Assembly: GCA_050296515.1 (NCBI GenBank)
Contig: JBNKRJ010000138.1
Span: forward strand, 31,677 to 95,676
Direction of reading: 5' to 3'
DNA length: 64,000 bases
From: Bacteroidales bacterium
GTDB taxonomy: Bacteria; Bacteroidota; Bacteroidia; Bacteroidales; NBLH01
Shown: positions 45,163 to 54,096 of the stretch, piece after piece
Layout of the letters: each line of letters starts with the position of its first letter
Position numbering within the stretch: position 1 is the first letter of the stretch
The notes under the pieces: model-generated
Seen by the model: the letters and a program-made list of their open reading frames with translations, nothing else
Told to the model about the DNA's origin: nothing
The model's database searches: none
Position numbers and translations under genes: made by a program

Positions 45163-46350
45163 TTATGCCTCTTTTTTATTTTCAATATAATCAGCTCGTT
45201 TTCCTTCAAATATAGGAAAATTCTGGTACCTGCATTCTAGTTTTCCATTGAATAGCTTAAATTTTACATCTGGCTTTAGCCCAATGTTCTTTAATGCTTC
45301 AAAATTGCTGCTCAAAATCCATGCCTGATAGTTTTTCCAGAAATACTTCATACAGTTTCCAATAGTCGTATAAAGCCCTTCAATTTGCTTAATTTTAAGC
45401 CGCTCACCATAGGGAGGGTTAAAAACAAGATAACCTCCTCCTGATGGTGGAATAAACTTGTCGAAAGGCTTATTTCTAAGACTTATCAGACTGGTAAATC
45501 CTGCCTGACTAATATTTCGCTGTGCAATTTCAAGCTTGCCCAAAGAAATATCTGAGCCAACAATTTTAAGTTCCTTCCTACCAGGAATGGACATTGACAT
45601 TTTGGCATCATTCATTATTTGAGTCCATAACTTTTTATCAAAATTGGCCCATTTCATAAAGGCAAACTCCTTTCGTAGTATATTCGGTGCCATATTGGAA
45701 GCCAGCATCGCAGCTTCAATTAAAAGTGTACCAGAGCCACACATTGGATCTATAAAATTGCTTTTCTTATCCCACTTGCTCAATAAAATCATACCCGCGG
45801 CTAAGACTTCATTTAAAGGAGCGTCTCCCCCACTCTTTCTATATCCTCGCTGATTTAAAGGTGCCCCTGAACTATCAAGTGATACAGTCACTTTTTCATC
45901 AGAAATATGCAGATCGATTACCAAATCAGGATCGTCATTACTCACAGAAGGTCTGTTGCCCTCATCGTCTCTTAATAAATCAACAATAGCATCTTTTGCT
46001 TTTTGAGCAACAAACTTAGAGTTTTTAAAAAACTTAGAATTAACAACCGGTTTAATTATAAATGTGCTGTTATTATTTAAAAACTCCTTCCATTCAATTT
46101 TTTTGATGCCAGTGTACAAATCAAGTTGATCTTTAGCATCAAAACTTCTTAATGGAACAAGTATTCTCAAAGCTGTTCTTAAATGCAAATTAGCTTTGTA
46201 TAATAAAGCCATATTTCCTTTAAATTCAGCCGCGCGGTTCATCTTCTCAATATCTTTTGCTCCAAGTGCCTGCAGCTCATCAATGAGCACATCTTCAAGG
46301 CCAAATAACGTTTTGGCCAGCATTTTCACTTCCTGATTGTTCTTTAACAT
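45163..46350 (-). CDS. THUMP-domain class I SAM-dependent RNA methyltransferase (RlmL/UPF0020-like)
   Basis: 395 aa. An N-terminal THUMP-like region is followed by the methyltransferase motifs DPMCGSGTLLIEAA and VFNPPYGERL. It overlaps the upstream gene by 7 nt. Confidence 0.8.
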   Translation of the reverse strand: MLKNNQEVKMLAKTLFGLEDVLIDELQALGAKDIEKMNRAAEFKGNMALLYKANLHLRTALRILVPLRSFDAKDQLDLYTGIKKIEWKEFLNNNSTFIIKPVVNSKFFKNSKFVAQKAKDAIVDLLRDDEGNRPSVSNDDPDLVIDLHISDEKVTVSLDSSGAPLNQRGYRKSGGDAPLNEVLAAGMILLSKWDKKSNFIDPMCGSGTLLIEAAMLASNMAPNILRKEFAFMKWANFDKKLWTQIMNDAKMSMSIPGRKELKIVGSDISLGKLEIAQRNISQAGFTSLISLRNKPFDKFIPPSGGGYLVFNPPYGERLKIKQIEGLYTTIGNCMKYFWKNYQAWILSSNFEALKNIGLKPDVKFKLFNGKLECRYQNFPIFEGKRADYIENKKEA

Positions 46351-46868
46351 CTTAAAATAGTCCTTTCTATCGTTTGAATTGCTAAATTAGATCTTTCCTT
46401 ATTAAAACCCTTAATTATTTGATATTTACAGCCCGTTTTTTTTATTTCTTCAAGATATCTGTTGAATAAACAGGCCCTTTGTTCATCATTTCCATTTTCC
46501 CTAACTGGGTCAAACTCCCATTCGATATCGTAATAACAAAGCAGGTACAAATCTGGTTTATAACCTGTTAACTCCTCTTCAAGCCACAATGGAACTTTAT
46601 CATATACTTCGCTAAACCAAATCTTTGTAATGATTAAACCTGTATCAAAAATTACAAGTTCATCATCCTCAGCATCGAAAGATTTCCATTGCTCTACTTG
46701 CTTTTTAGCTATTTGTTCAACATCATTATAAGAATATTTCCTGTTTAAATTACTAATGTATTCTCTGGCAAACTCGGGCACCCATTTTGTTTGATAATAC
46801 TCAGCTAATTCCTTACAAAGAGTTGTTTTACCTGTTGATTCAGGTCCGCAAATGACAATCTTATGCAT
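46344..46868 (-). CDS. NadR-type ribosylnicotinamide kinase domain protein (AAA_28 ATPase)
   Basis: 174 aa. The P-loop is GPESTGKTT. WVPEFAREY is typical of the NadR RNK domain. It overlaps pnuC by 8 nt. Confidence 0.7.
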   Translation of the reverse strand: MHKIVICGPESTGKTTLCKELAEYYQTKWVPEFAREYISNLNRKYSYNDVEQIAKKQVEQWKSFDAEDDELVIFDTGLIITKIWFSEVYDKVPLWLEEELTGYKPDLYLLCYYDIEWEFDPVRENGNDEQRACLFNRYLEEIKKTGCKYQIIKGFNKERSNLAIQTIERTILRC

Positions 46869-47469
46869 TTTGAGTTTTTAATTTCAAATCTTTCATCCAG
46901 GCTTGCAGACCAACAACTGCCATTACTGTATAAATTATGTACAAGAAAACAGTAAAATACAGTTCTTTATAAACATAAACAACTGATGATACTCCATCAA
47001 CAATTATCCAAACCATCCAATGCTCAAGATATCTCTTTGCTAACATCCAGGTTGCAACAATACTTAATGAAGTGGTGAAAGCATCAATATATGGAATATT
47101 CGAATCGGTAAAATGAATGAGTATTTGCGAAAGAATTATGAATAGGATGATGGAAACAAAAGTCAAAGAAATTACTAAACCATCATTATTTTTTACTGAT
47201 TTGATCCTGGCATCAGTTTCAGTTTTTTCATTTGCAACAGACCATGTGTACCATCCATAAATACTAATTAAAACGTAATAGACCTGCAAAGCCATATCGG
47301 CATATATTTTTGCTACAAAAAATATGTACACATAAAAAGCTGAACTAACCAAACCAAGAGGCCAAAGCCATATGTTTTGTTTTATTGAAAAATAGAGATA
47401 AACAATTGAAATAATTGTGCCTGTAGCTTCAATGTAGTTTACTGATAGCCAGTCATAAATAGCCGTCAT
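46861..47469 (-). CDS. pnuC: Nicotinamide riboside transporter PnuC
   Basis: 202 aa with 7 TM segments. The pattern is PnuC-like (WLWPLGLVSSAFYVYIFF, W..VD). Confidence 0.8.
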   Translation of the reverse strand: MTAIYDWLSVNYIEATGTIISIVYLYFSIKQNIWLWPLGLVSSAFYVYIFFVAKIYADMALQVYYVLISIYGWYTWSVANEKTETDARIKSVKNNDGLVISLTFVSIILFIILSQILIHFTDSNIPYIDAFTTSLSIVATWMLAKRYLEHWMVWIIVDGVSSVVYVYKELYFTVFLYIIYTVMAVVGLQAWMKDLKLKTQNA

Positions 47470-47613
47470 AATGCAGGAACCCGTTTCAAAATTTAAGGGG
47501 CAAATATAGAAAAAATAGGGAAGATAGAATAATTAGTGTGTACAGCCTGTCATTTTACTTAACTAAAGACATCCATCATTTCTTTGTAGAAACGTTAATG
47601 TTTTAATTAAAAG

Positions 47614-49329
47614 CTAAGGTTTCGCATATTCTTTAGCTGCTAATTGTCCCTTCAATACCATCATGTACTGTTGTTCGTCTTCAATAATTTCAAAAGCTTT
47701 CATAAAAGCATCATCATTTAAATTCAGTACTTCATAATAAGCTTCTGTTCCCCATAAATCTCTTGCTATTAATGCCTTTAAATGATTCTTCACTGCATCG
47801 TTTTCATGACTTATTCCCTTCATTTTGCCAGGAATTTCAAATGAATCGCTTATTTGAACAGCAAGCATTTCTTCTTCGCTCAGTTTATCATGAATGTTTT
47901 CAAGAATAGCAAATTTCAATAAGTTTCTCAAAAAACTTTCCTCAATTTCAAACCCTGCTTTATAATCTTCAAAATCTGGATATGTCTGGTGAAGATAGTT
48001 TCTATTTTTATCAACATAATCAAGAACAAAATCATTCAGCTTTCCATTCTTAGAAATCTTTTTGTAGAATTCTGGATATCTGGTTGTGTCTAGTGGAACA
48101 AAAACATCAGGCATAATACCCCCTCCTCCATATACAGTTCGTCCGGTAGAAAGTGTTAAATGCCTTAAGGAATCAGTAAAATGAACACTATCACAAGAAA
48201 ACATTTCTCCTGAACTAATTCTTTTCACAATGTCATGTGAATACTCGTCGTAGCCCTCAGAATAAGGCTTTTGAATCAATCGACCTGTTGGAGTATAATA
48301 CCTGGCAATTGTAAGTCTGATTAAAGAACCATCCATCAGATTGAACGGTCTCTGCACCAATCCTTTACCATAAGATCGTCTTCCAATAAGGATACCTTTG
48401 TCCCAATCCTGAATTGCTCCACTAACAATTTCACTTGCTGAAGCAGTTCCTTCATTGATTAAAATAGCCAATCTCCCTTTTTTGAACATTCCTTTTGAAC
48501 TGGAAAAATATTCCGATTTGGGACTGCTCATTCCTTTTGTGTAAACAATCATTTTTTTCTCGTCAAGGAACTGATCTGCTAAATCAATAGCAGTTTTAAG
48601 ATATCCTCCTCCATTATCACGCAAATCTAAAATCAGGTTTTCTACTCCGTTTCTTTTCAATTTTTTTGCTGCTCTTGTAAACTCTTCTAATGAATTAGCG
48701 GAAAACTTATTTAATTTAATGTAGCCAGTTCGTTTGCTTACCTGATAAGCTGCATCAATACTGTAGATTGGAATTTTTTCACGCGTAATTAAAACATCTT
48801 TAACTTTTCCGTAACGATTTTCCTTTACTCCTATTTTTACAGAGGTCCCTTTGGTTCCTGAAATCCGTTCCCTAACCCCATCAATGCTAATCCCTACTCC
48901 AGCAATATTTTCATTTTCAACTGAAACTATCCTGTCACCTGCTTTTAAGCCTACATTATCAGATGGGCCTCCTGGATACGTAGAAATAACATAAACTGTA
49001 TCTCTCAAGATATCATAGGTGATTCCAATTCCATCAAAACTACCTATTAATGGCTCATTCATTGCTCTAACATCTTCTTTGCTAACATAAATGGAATGGG
49101 GATCCAAATCTTTTAAAACAGAAATTATGGCCTTTTCAACAAGCTTATTTTCCTGAATGGTATCAACATAAAACATGCTGATTAAATCCATCACCCTGTT
49201 GAATTTATAAACTTGCTCGGTTGAAATTTGAGCCTTTAAAGAAGAATTTAATAAAAGTAGTAGAATAATTGGAAAGATGCTTCGTCTCATAGTCACTCCT
49301 CTAATCTTAAACAGTAGTCGAATATTCAA
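47614..49329 (-). CDS. S41 family C-terminal processing (tail-specific) peptidase
   Basis: 571 aa. A PDZ region (GLKAGDRIVSVENENI) and the S41 core (LILDLRDNGGGYL, NEGTASASEIVSGA, GKGLVQ) are present. The start may be the Met at 49290, just before the signal peptide. Confidence 0.85.
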   Translation of the reverse strand: MNIRLLFKIRGVTMRRSIFPIILLLLLNSSLKAQISTEQVYKFNRVMDLISMFYVDTIQENKLVEKAIISVLKDLDPHSIYVSKEDVRAMNEPLIGSFDGIGITYDILRDTVYVISTYPGGPSDNVGLKAGDRIVSVENENIAGVGISIDGVRERISGTKGTSVKIGVKENRYGKVKDVLITREKIPIYSIDAAYQVSKRTGYIKLNKFSANSLEEFTRAAKKLKRNGVENLILDLRDNGGGYLKTAIDLADQFLDEKKMIVYTKGMSSPKSEYFSSSKGMFKKGRLAILINEGTASASEIVSGAIQDWDKGILIGRRSYGKGLVQRPFNLMDGSLIRLTIARYYTPTGRLIQKPYSEGYDEYSHDIVKRISSGEMFSCDSVHFTDSLRHLTLSTGRTVYGGGGIMPDVFVPLDTTRYPEFYKKISKNGKLNDFVLDYVDKNRNYLHQTYPDFEDYKAGFEIEESFLRNLLKFAILENIHDKLSEEEMLAVQISDSFEIPGKMKGISHENDAVKNHLKALIARDLWGTEAYYEVLNLNDDAFMKAFEIIEDEQQYMMVLKGQLAAKEYAKP

Positions 49330-49514
49330 ATATACTTATTTAACTTAAAATTAACTCATTTTGTTTCAAAATAAACATTAATTAACATCATTTTTTTGAC
49401 TAATAACTTCAATTTCATGATGATTACAGATGTTTTAATCAGTGCATTGTTAACTCATTTTAACTTTAGTAAACAAGAAATTTTAACATCTGTTTAATTA
49501 TTTAGAAATAAAAT

Positions 49515-49554
49515 AAAAGAGGCAGTTAAGAACTTGTCCTGACTGCCTCTTTTT
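49515..49554 (-). terminator. Terminator hairpin downstream of nhaD (could act bidirectionally)
   Basis: Arms aaaagaggcagt (49515-49526) and actgcctctttt (49542-49553) are flanked by A/T runs on both sides. Confidence 0.7.
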
Positions 49555-49599
49555 AATTTATAAATCTAATGTGATATTTATTCGCTCTTTTTAACTTGA

Positions 49600-51015
49600 T
49601 TAGTTATGAATAATCAAATGTTGTATGTAATATGCTCCTGCTCCTGCAAAATATCCTAATGCTGCTAACCAACTGATTTTCTTGAAATACCAGATAAAAT
49701 CAATTTTTTCAAGTCCCATAGCAGCTACACCTGCAGCAGAACCAATAATAAGCATACTACCTCCTGTTCCGGCTGTATATGCTAAGAACTCCCAGAATAA
49801 TCCATCCTGAATGAAGTTATGAAGATAAGTTCCTGCTTCGGCCATTTCTGGCATCGGATACATACCCATTGCTCCAGCAACTAAAGGCACGTTATCAACT
49901 ATTGATGAAAGAACCCCAATTGATAACCCTATTGGATAAACATTCTGATTAAATGCGGAATCCATACCTTCAGATAATAATCTCAAATGTCCTGCTGATT
50001 GAAGACTAGCTACAGCTGATAAGATTCCAAGGAAAAACAATACAGTAGGTACATCAACCCTTGTTAGAATTCCAACCACAGTTAACTTTGAAGCATCCTC
50101 TGAATGCTTGCCTCTGTGCAGTACTTCAGTAACCACCCACAAAACACCCAAACCAAGCAACATTCCTATGTATGGTGGTAAGTGAAAAGCAGCTTTAAGC
50201 ATGGGTACCATCAATAAAGAACCTACTCCCCAAAATAAAATAAGTTTCTGCTGCCATCCTGGAATATCATAGTTTGATTTTTCATCTGTAGTCGTTGGCC
50301 TTGTAACATCACCTTTCATTGTAAAAGAAAGCAAGACTAATGGAATAACCATACAAATTAAACTAGGTAAAATCACACCCATCATAATTTGAACTGTAGT
50401 TACTTGTTTTCCAATCCATAACATAATTGTGGTTACGTCTCCAATTGGTGACCAGGCACCTCCGGCATTTGCTGCCAAAACAACCATACTTGCAAAAAAC
50501 CAACGAGTCTGTTTGTCGTCTACCAGCTTTCTTAATAAGGCAACCATTACAATTGTTGTAGTTAAGTTGTCTAACAAAGCCGACATAAAGAAAGTTAAGA
50601 AACTTAAAATCCACAGCAGTTTTACTTTGCTAGTGGTTTTAATTTTATTTGTAATGATTGTAAAGCCTTGGTGGTGGTCAACAATTTCAACAATGGTCAT
50701 TGCACCTAGCAAGAAGAAAAGTATTTCAGAAATTTCACCAAGATGATGTAAAACTTCGTGCTCGATAATAAAATCAGTCATACCTTCCGGGTTATTTGCC
50801 CCAGGATTAGCATGAACAAAATGCCCCCAAGCGGTACTGACATATTCACCAGCATCATTCACCATACTTAAAATGTCACTACTTCCAACAATGTAAACAA
50901 GCCAGGAAAGCGTTCCAATTACCAACGCCGTAGCTGCTTTGTCAACTTTTATCGGATGTTCAAGCGCAATGGCTGTGTAGCCCAGCACAAAAATAACCAC
51001 CATTAATACAAACAT
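49600..51015 (-). CDS. nhaD: NhaD-type Na+/H+ antiporter (ArsB/NhaD permease superfamily)
   Basis: 471 aa, polytopic. The N-terminus GYTAIALEHPIKVDKAATAL and the DNLTTT and SAAGGAWSPIGD-like motifs are typical of NhaD. Confidence 0.7.
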   Translation of the reverse strand: MFVLMVVIFVLGYTAIALEHPIKVDKAATALVIGTLSWLVYIVGSSDILSMVNDAGEYVSTAWGHFVHANPGANNPEGMTDFIIEHEVLHHLGEISEILFFLLGAMTIVEIVDHHQGFTIITNKIKTTSKVKLLWILSFLTFFMSALLDNLTTTIVMVALLRKLVDDKQTRWFFASMVVLAANAGGAWSPIGDVTTIMLWIGKQVTTVQIMMGVILPSLICMVIPLVLLSFTMKGDVTRPTTTDEKSNYDIPGWQQKLILFWGVGSLLMVPMLKAAFHLPPYIGMLLGLGVLWVVTEVLHRGKHSEDASKLTVVGILTRVDVPTVLFFLGILSAVASLQSAGHLRLLSEGMDSAFNQNVYPIGLSIGVLSSIVDNVPLVAGAMGMYPMPEMAEAGTYLHNFIQDGLFWEFLAYTAGTGGSMLIIGSAAGVAAMGLEKIDFIWYFKKISWLAALGYFAGAGAYYIQHLIIHN

Positions 51016-51364
51016 AATCGTTCTAATTTTATTGATTAAAAACTAAATAATTCAAATTCTGGATGTGCAAATATAGATATGTTAATGTAAAAAAAGAAAA
51101 AATTCGTACGGACCTATCACATTCTTTATAAACAACTTACTGAAAGCTATTTATGAATTAACACATATTGGTTAATTGTTACAGAGATAGCTATCTTATT
51201 AAACATTTAAAACATAAAAATCATTGATAATCAACATTGTGCAACAAATGATAAATACAAAGCATAAAAAATCTCTGAATCAAGGGTTTAAGACAATTTT
51301 CTAATTAGAAAAAAGGTGGACATTAGAAATACCAACCTTTATAACCAATCATTAATACATTGCT

Positions 51365-53845
51365 CTACATATCCATATCCATATTCATATCTTCACCGTT
51401 TCCATTATCATTCTTATTGCGTTTTTGTTTGAAGTTATTTAAACGGTAAGTAAGGGATAACCTGACAACCTGACTTTCACGACTAAACTCACCCGATGAA
51501 TAAACAATTGGTGTTTTATTTGTAAAACCAAACTTTGTGGCACCAAAAATATCTTGTAGCTGAGCAGTTAACGTCAGCTTGTTTTTCATTAAATCCTGCC
51601 TGACAGCTAAACTACTGAAAACAAATGCTTTTCGAGTACTCTGAGCAGTTATAGAAGGCCCACGATAAAATACATTTACCTGAACTTTTGTATTTTTAGC
51701 AAATGTAAACATACTGTTTACTCTAAAGTTATATGTAAATGTTTCGTTATTAATACTTTCTCCTTCAAGCTCACCCAATATCTGGTAGTAATAACCTGTT
51801 CCACTTGCATTTAAACGCCACCACTTGGCCAAATTTAAATTCATGTTTATTTCAACACCTAATGAATTATCATGATTTAGGTTTTCATAGGTTCTAAGAG
51901 TTGTATCTGCACTTATTTGATAAACTTTATCGGAAATAACATTATTTGTTTTCCTATAAAAAGTTTCCAATGAGATAAACGACTTATTAAACTGCTGCTG
52001 AAAGTTCAGTTCATAAGAATCAATATATTCTGGTTCAAGATATGGGTTACCTTGCCTAATTCTTTTAGGATCTGAATAGTCCGCAAAGGGATCCAGTTGT
52101 CTGCCACCTGGTCTATCAATCCTTCTACTATAGTTTAACTGTATTTGTTGAGTTTTGCTTAATTGTTTTGTAATATAGGCACTTGGAAACAAATCAAAAC
52201 GGTCGATTATAAATTCCTCTTTCGACACTACCTGCAAAAGGTTACGATTCGTATATTCTCCCCTCAATCCTACTTTATAGTCTAATCCTAAAATTTTTCC
52301 AGCATAAGTTGAATAAATAGCCTGAATATTTCTGTCAAATTCAACATCATTACTTTTTAAGGGATCTACCTCCCAGTTTGATGTTAAACCATTGTATGTA
52401 CTATAAATATATTGCTCATTATCAACCTCATACCTTGCCTGATAGCCGGCTTCAAGAAAACCATCTTTTCCTACTGGAGAACTAAAATCAGCCTTTGCCC
52501 GATAGTCTTCGCGAGGTCCCTTTTCATCTGCTTTATTTAGTTCCGGTTCAATATCAAGGATATTGAAGTTTTCATCAGTAAAATACATAAATTGATCATC
52601 AGCCCTTGTTCCCTCTCTTTTTGAATAATAGAGTGACATATCCAGCTTTTGTTGAGGCTTGTTGAATTTTAAGGAATAATCGAGGTTCACATTATATGTA
52701 TTACCCCCAAAACCAGCTTTACTTTCACGCATATAATAACTATTAATACTCACAGGATTTGTGTATTCATGGTACCATGATTGCGAATTCCTGTTAAAGT
52801 CTCTTTCTCCAAACCGACCTGATAATGAAAGGGTATTTTTATCATTAATATAATAATCGATACCTGCCTGGACTCCGTATCCATAATGGTTAAAATTCCT
52901 GCTGCCATTATAATTACTGAAATAGTCAATTGATTTTATGGTGTCTTTTGAAATCTGTTCCATTTTACCATTTCCATATCTGGTTTCATCCCGATAATCA
53001 AGACCTAATGTAAATCCAAATTTTCCAGCCTTGTAGCTTAGATTTAAGTTTCCCGAATACTTATCATTTGTTCCTGCTGATAGATTTAATAAGCCATTTA
53101 GCCCTAAGTTTTTCTTTTTCTTCAAAATAACGTTGATTATACCAGCCGACCCGTCAGGATCAAACTTTGCTGATGGATTGGTTATAATTTCAATGTTTTC
53201 AATCATATTAGCCGGAATTTGCTGCAATGCTTCGCTCCCTTCAAGAACCGATGGTTTTCCATCAATTAAAACGGTGAAATTACCACTTCCTCTTAATTCA
53301 ACATTACCATCAATATCTACGCTTACGGAAGGCACATTTTGTAAAACTTCTACAGCAGAACCACTTGCGGAATTAATATCCTGACTTACGTTAACTATCT
53401 TTTTATCAATCTGATACTGCACATTTGATTTATCTGCAATCACATTCACATCTTCAAGGGCTACCGCAGAATTCTCAAGCTTTATTTCACCAAAATCCTG
53501 TTCAACACCTTCACCTTTTCCACGTCCTTTAGGGAATAGATAAATTGGTTTTATTTCTTTGTGTTCAAAACCCAAAAATTTTATGTCTAACCTATAAACT
53601 CCCAATCTTAGTTCCGATAATTTAAATGCACCATCTTTATCTGTTATTCCACCTGTTAACAGCGAAGAATCTCGCATTGAAAAAAGCGATATAGTGGCAT
53701 ACTCAACCGGATTTCCTTTATCGTCAACAACTTTTCCTGAAATCACCCCATTGGTTGGTATTTCTCTCCCATCAGGTCCCTGTGCATAGATTTGATTTAT
53801 GCTCCATACAAGCATTGATAGTATAAGAATTGTTTTTGTTCTCAT
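51365..53845 (-). CDS. TonB-dependent-receptor-like outer-membrane beta-barrel protein (CarboxypepD_reg N-terminus)
   Basis: 826 aa. A signal peptide is followed by ISGKVVDDKGNPVEYATISL (CarboxypepD_reg), a plug-like region (VLQNVPSVSVDIDGNVELRGS) and a long barrel. The tail after the last strand is unusually hydrophilic. Confidence 0.7.
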   Translation of the reverse strand: MRTKTILILSMLVWSINQIYAQGPDGREIPTNGVISGKVVDDKGNPVEYATISLFSMRDSSLLTGGITDKDGAFKLSELRLGVYRLDIKFLGFEHKEIKPIYLFPKGRGKGEGVEQDFGEIKLENSAVALEDVNVIADKSNVQYQIDKKIVNVSQDINSASGSAVEVLQNVPSVSVDIDGNVELRGSGNFTVLIDGKPSVLEGSEALQQIPANMIENIEIITNPSAKFDPDGSAGIINVILKKKKNLGLNGLLNLSAGTNDKYSGNLNLSYKAGKFGFTLGLDYRDETRYGNGKMEQISKDTIKSIDYFSNYNGSRNFNHYGYGVQAGIDYYINDKNTLSLSGRFGERDFNRNSQSWYHEYTNPVSINSYYMRESKAGFGGNTYNVNLDYSLKFNKPQQKLDMSLYYSKREGTRADDQFMYFTDENFNILDIEPELNKADEKGPREDYRAKADFSSPVGKDGFLEAGYQARYEVDNEQYIYSTYNGLTSNWEVDPLKSNDVEFDRNIQAIYSTYAGKILGLDYKVGLRGEYTNRNLLQVVSKEEFIIDRFDLFPSAYITKQLSKTQQIQLNYSRRIDRPGGRQLDPFADYSDPKRIRQGNPYLEPEYIDSYELNFQQQFNKSFISLETFYRKTNNVISDKVYQISADTTLRTYENLNHDNSLGVEINMNLNLAKWWRLNASGTGYYYQILGELEGESINNETFTYNFRVNSMFTFAKNTKVQVNVFYRGPSITAQSTRKAFVFSSLAVRQDLMKNKLTLTAQLQDIFGATKFGFTNKTPIVYSSGEFSRESQVVRLSLTYRLNNFKQKRNKNDNGNGEDMNMDMDM

Positions 53846-54096
53846 CTGTTTTTCATTAATTTAGTGTAAATAGAGTGTCAAATTTTCAGAAGTTTGACAC
53901 TAATCAAAAAAAAAACTTGCGCTGATTGGAAAATTTCTTGTTTAGATTAGTGCAGTCACTCTACGATTTTTGTTTTAGTTTTGTAATACCTTCAAAGAAG
54001 TGATATTAGATAATTGCAATACTTCTTATTGGTAAAAAAATATATTTTAAAAGTTTAACAGATAGAATTAAATCAAAAACAGGGCAATTGTAAAGA

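Noticed and set aside
47470-47613. Possible NAD-related riboswitch or pnuC motif upstream of pnuC
   Set aside because: The spacer is only ~140 bp, and I could not identify any conserved stems or motifs that I recognise. This needs a covariance-model search.
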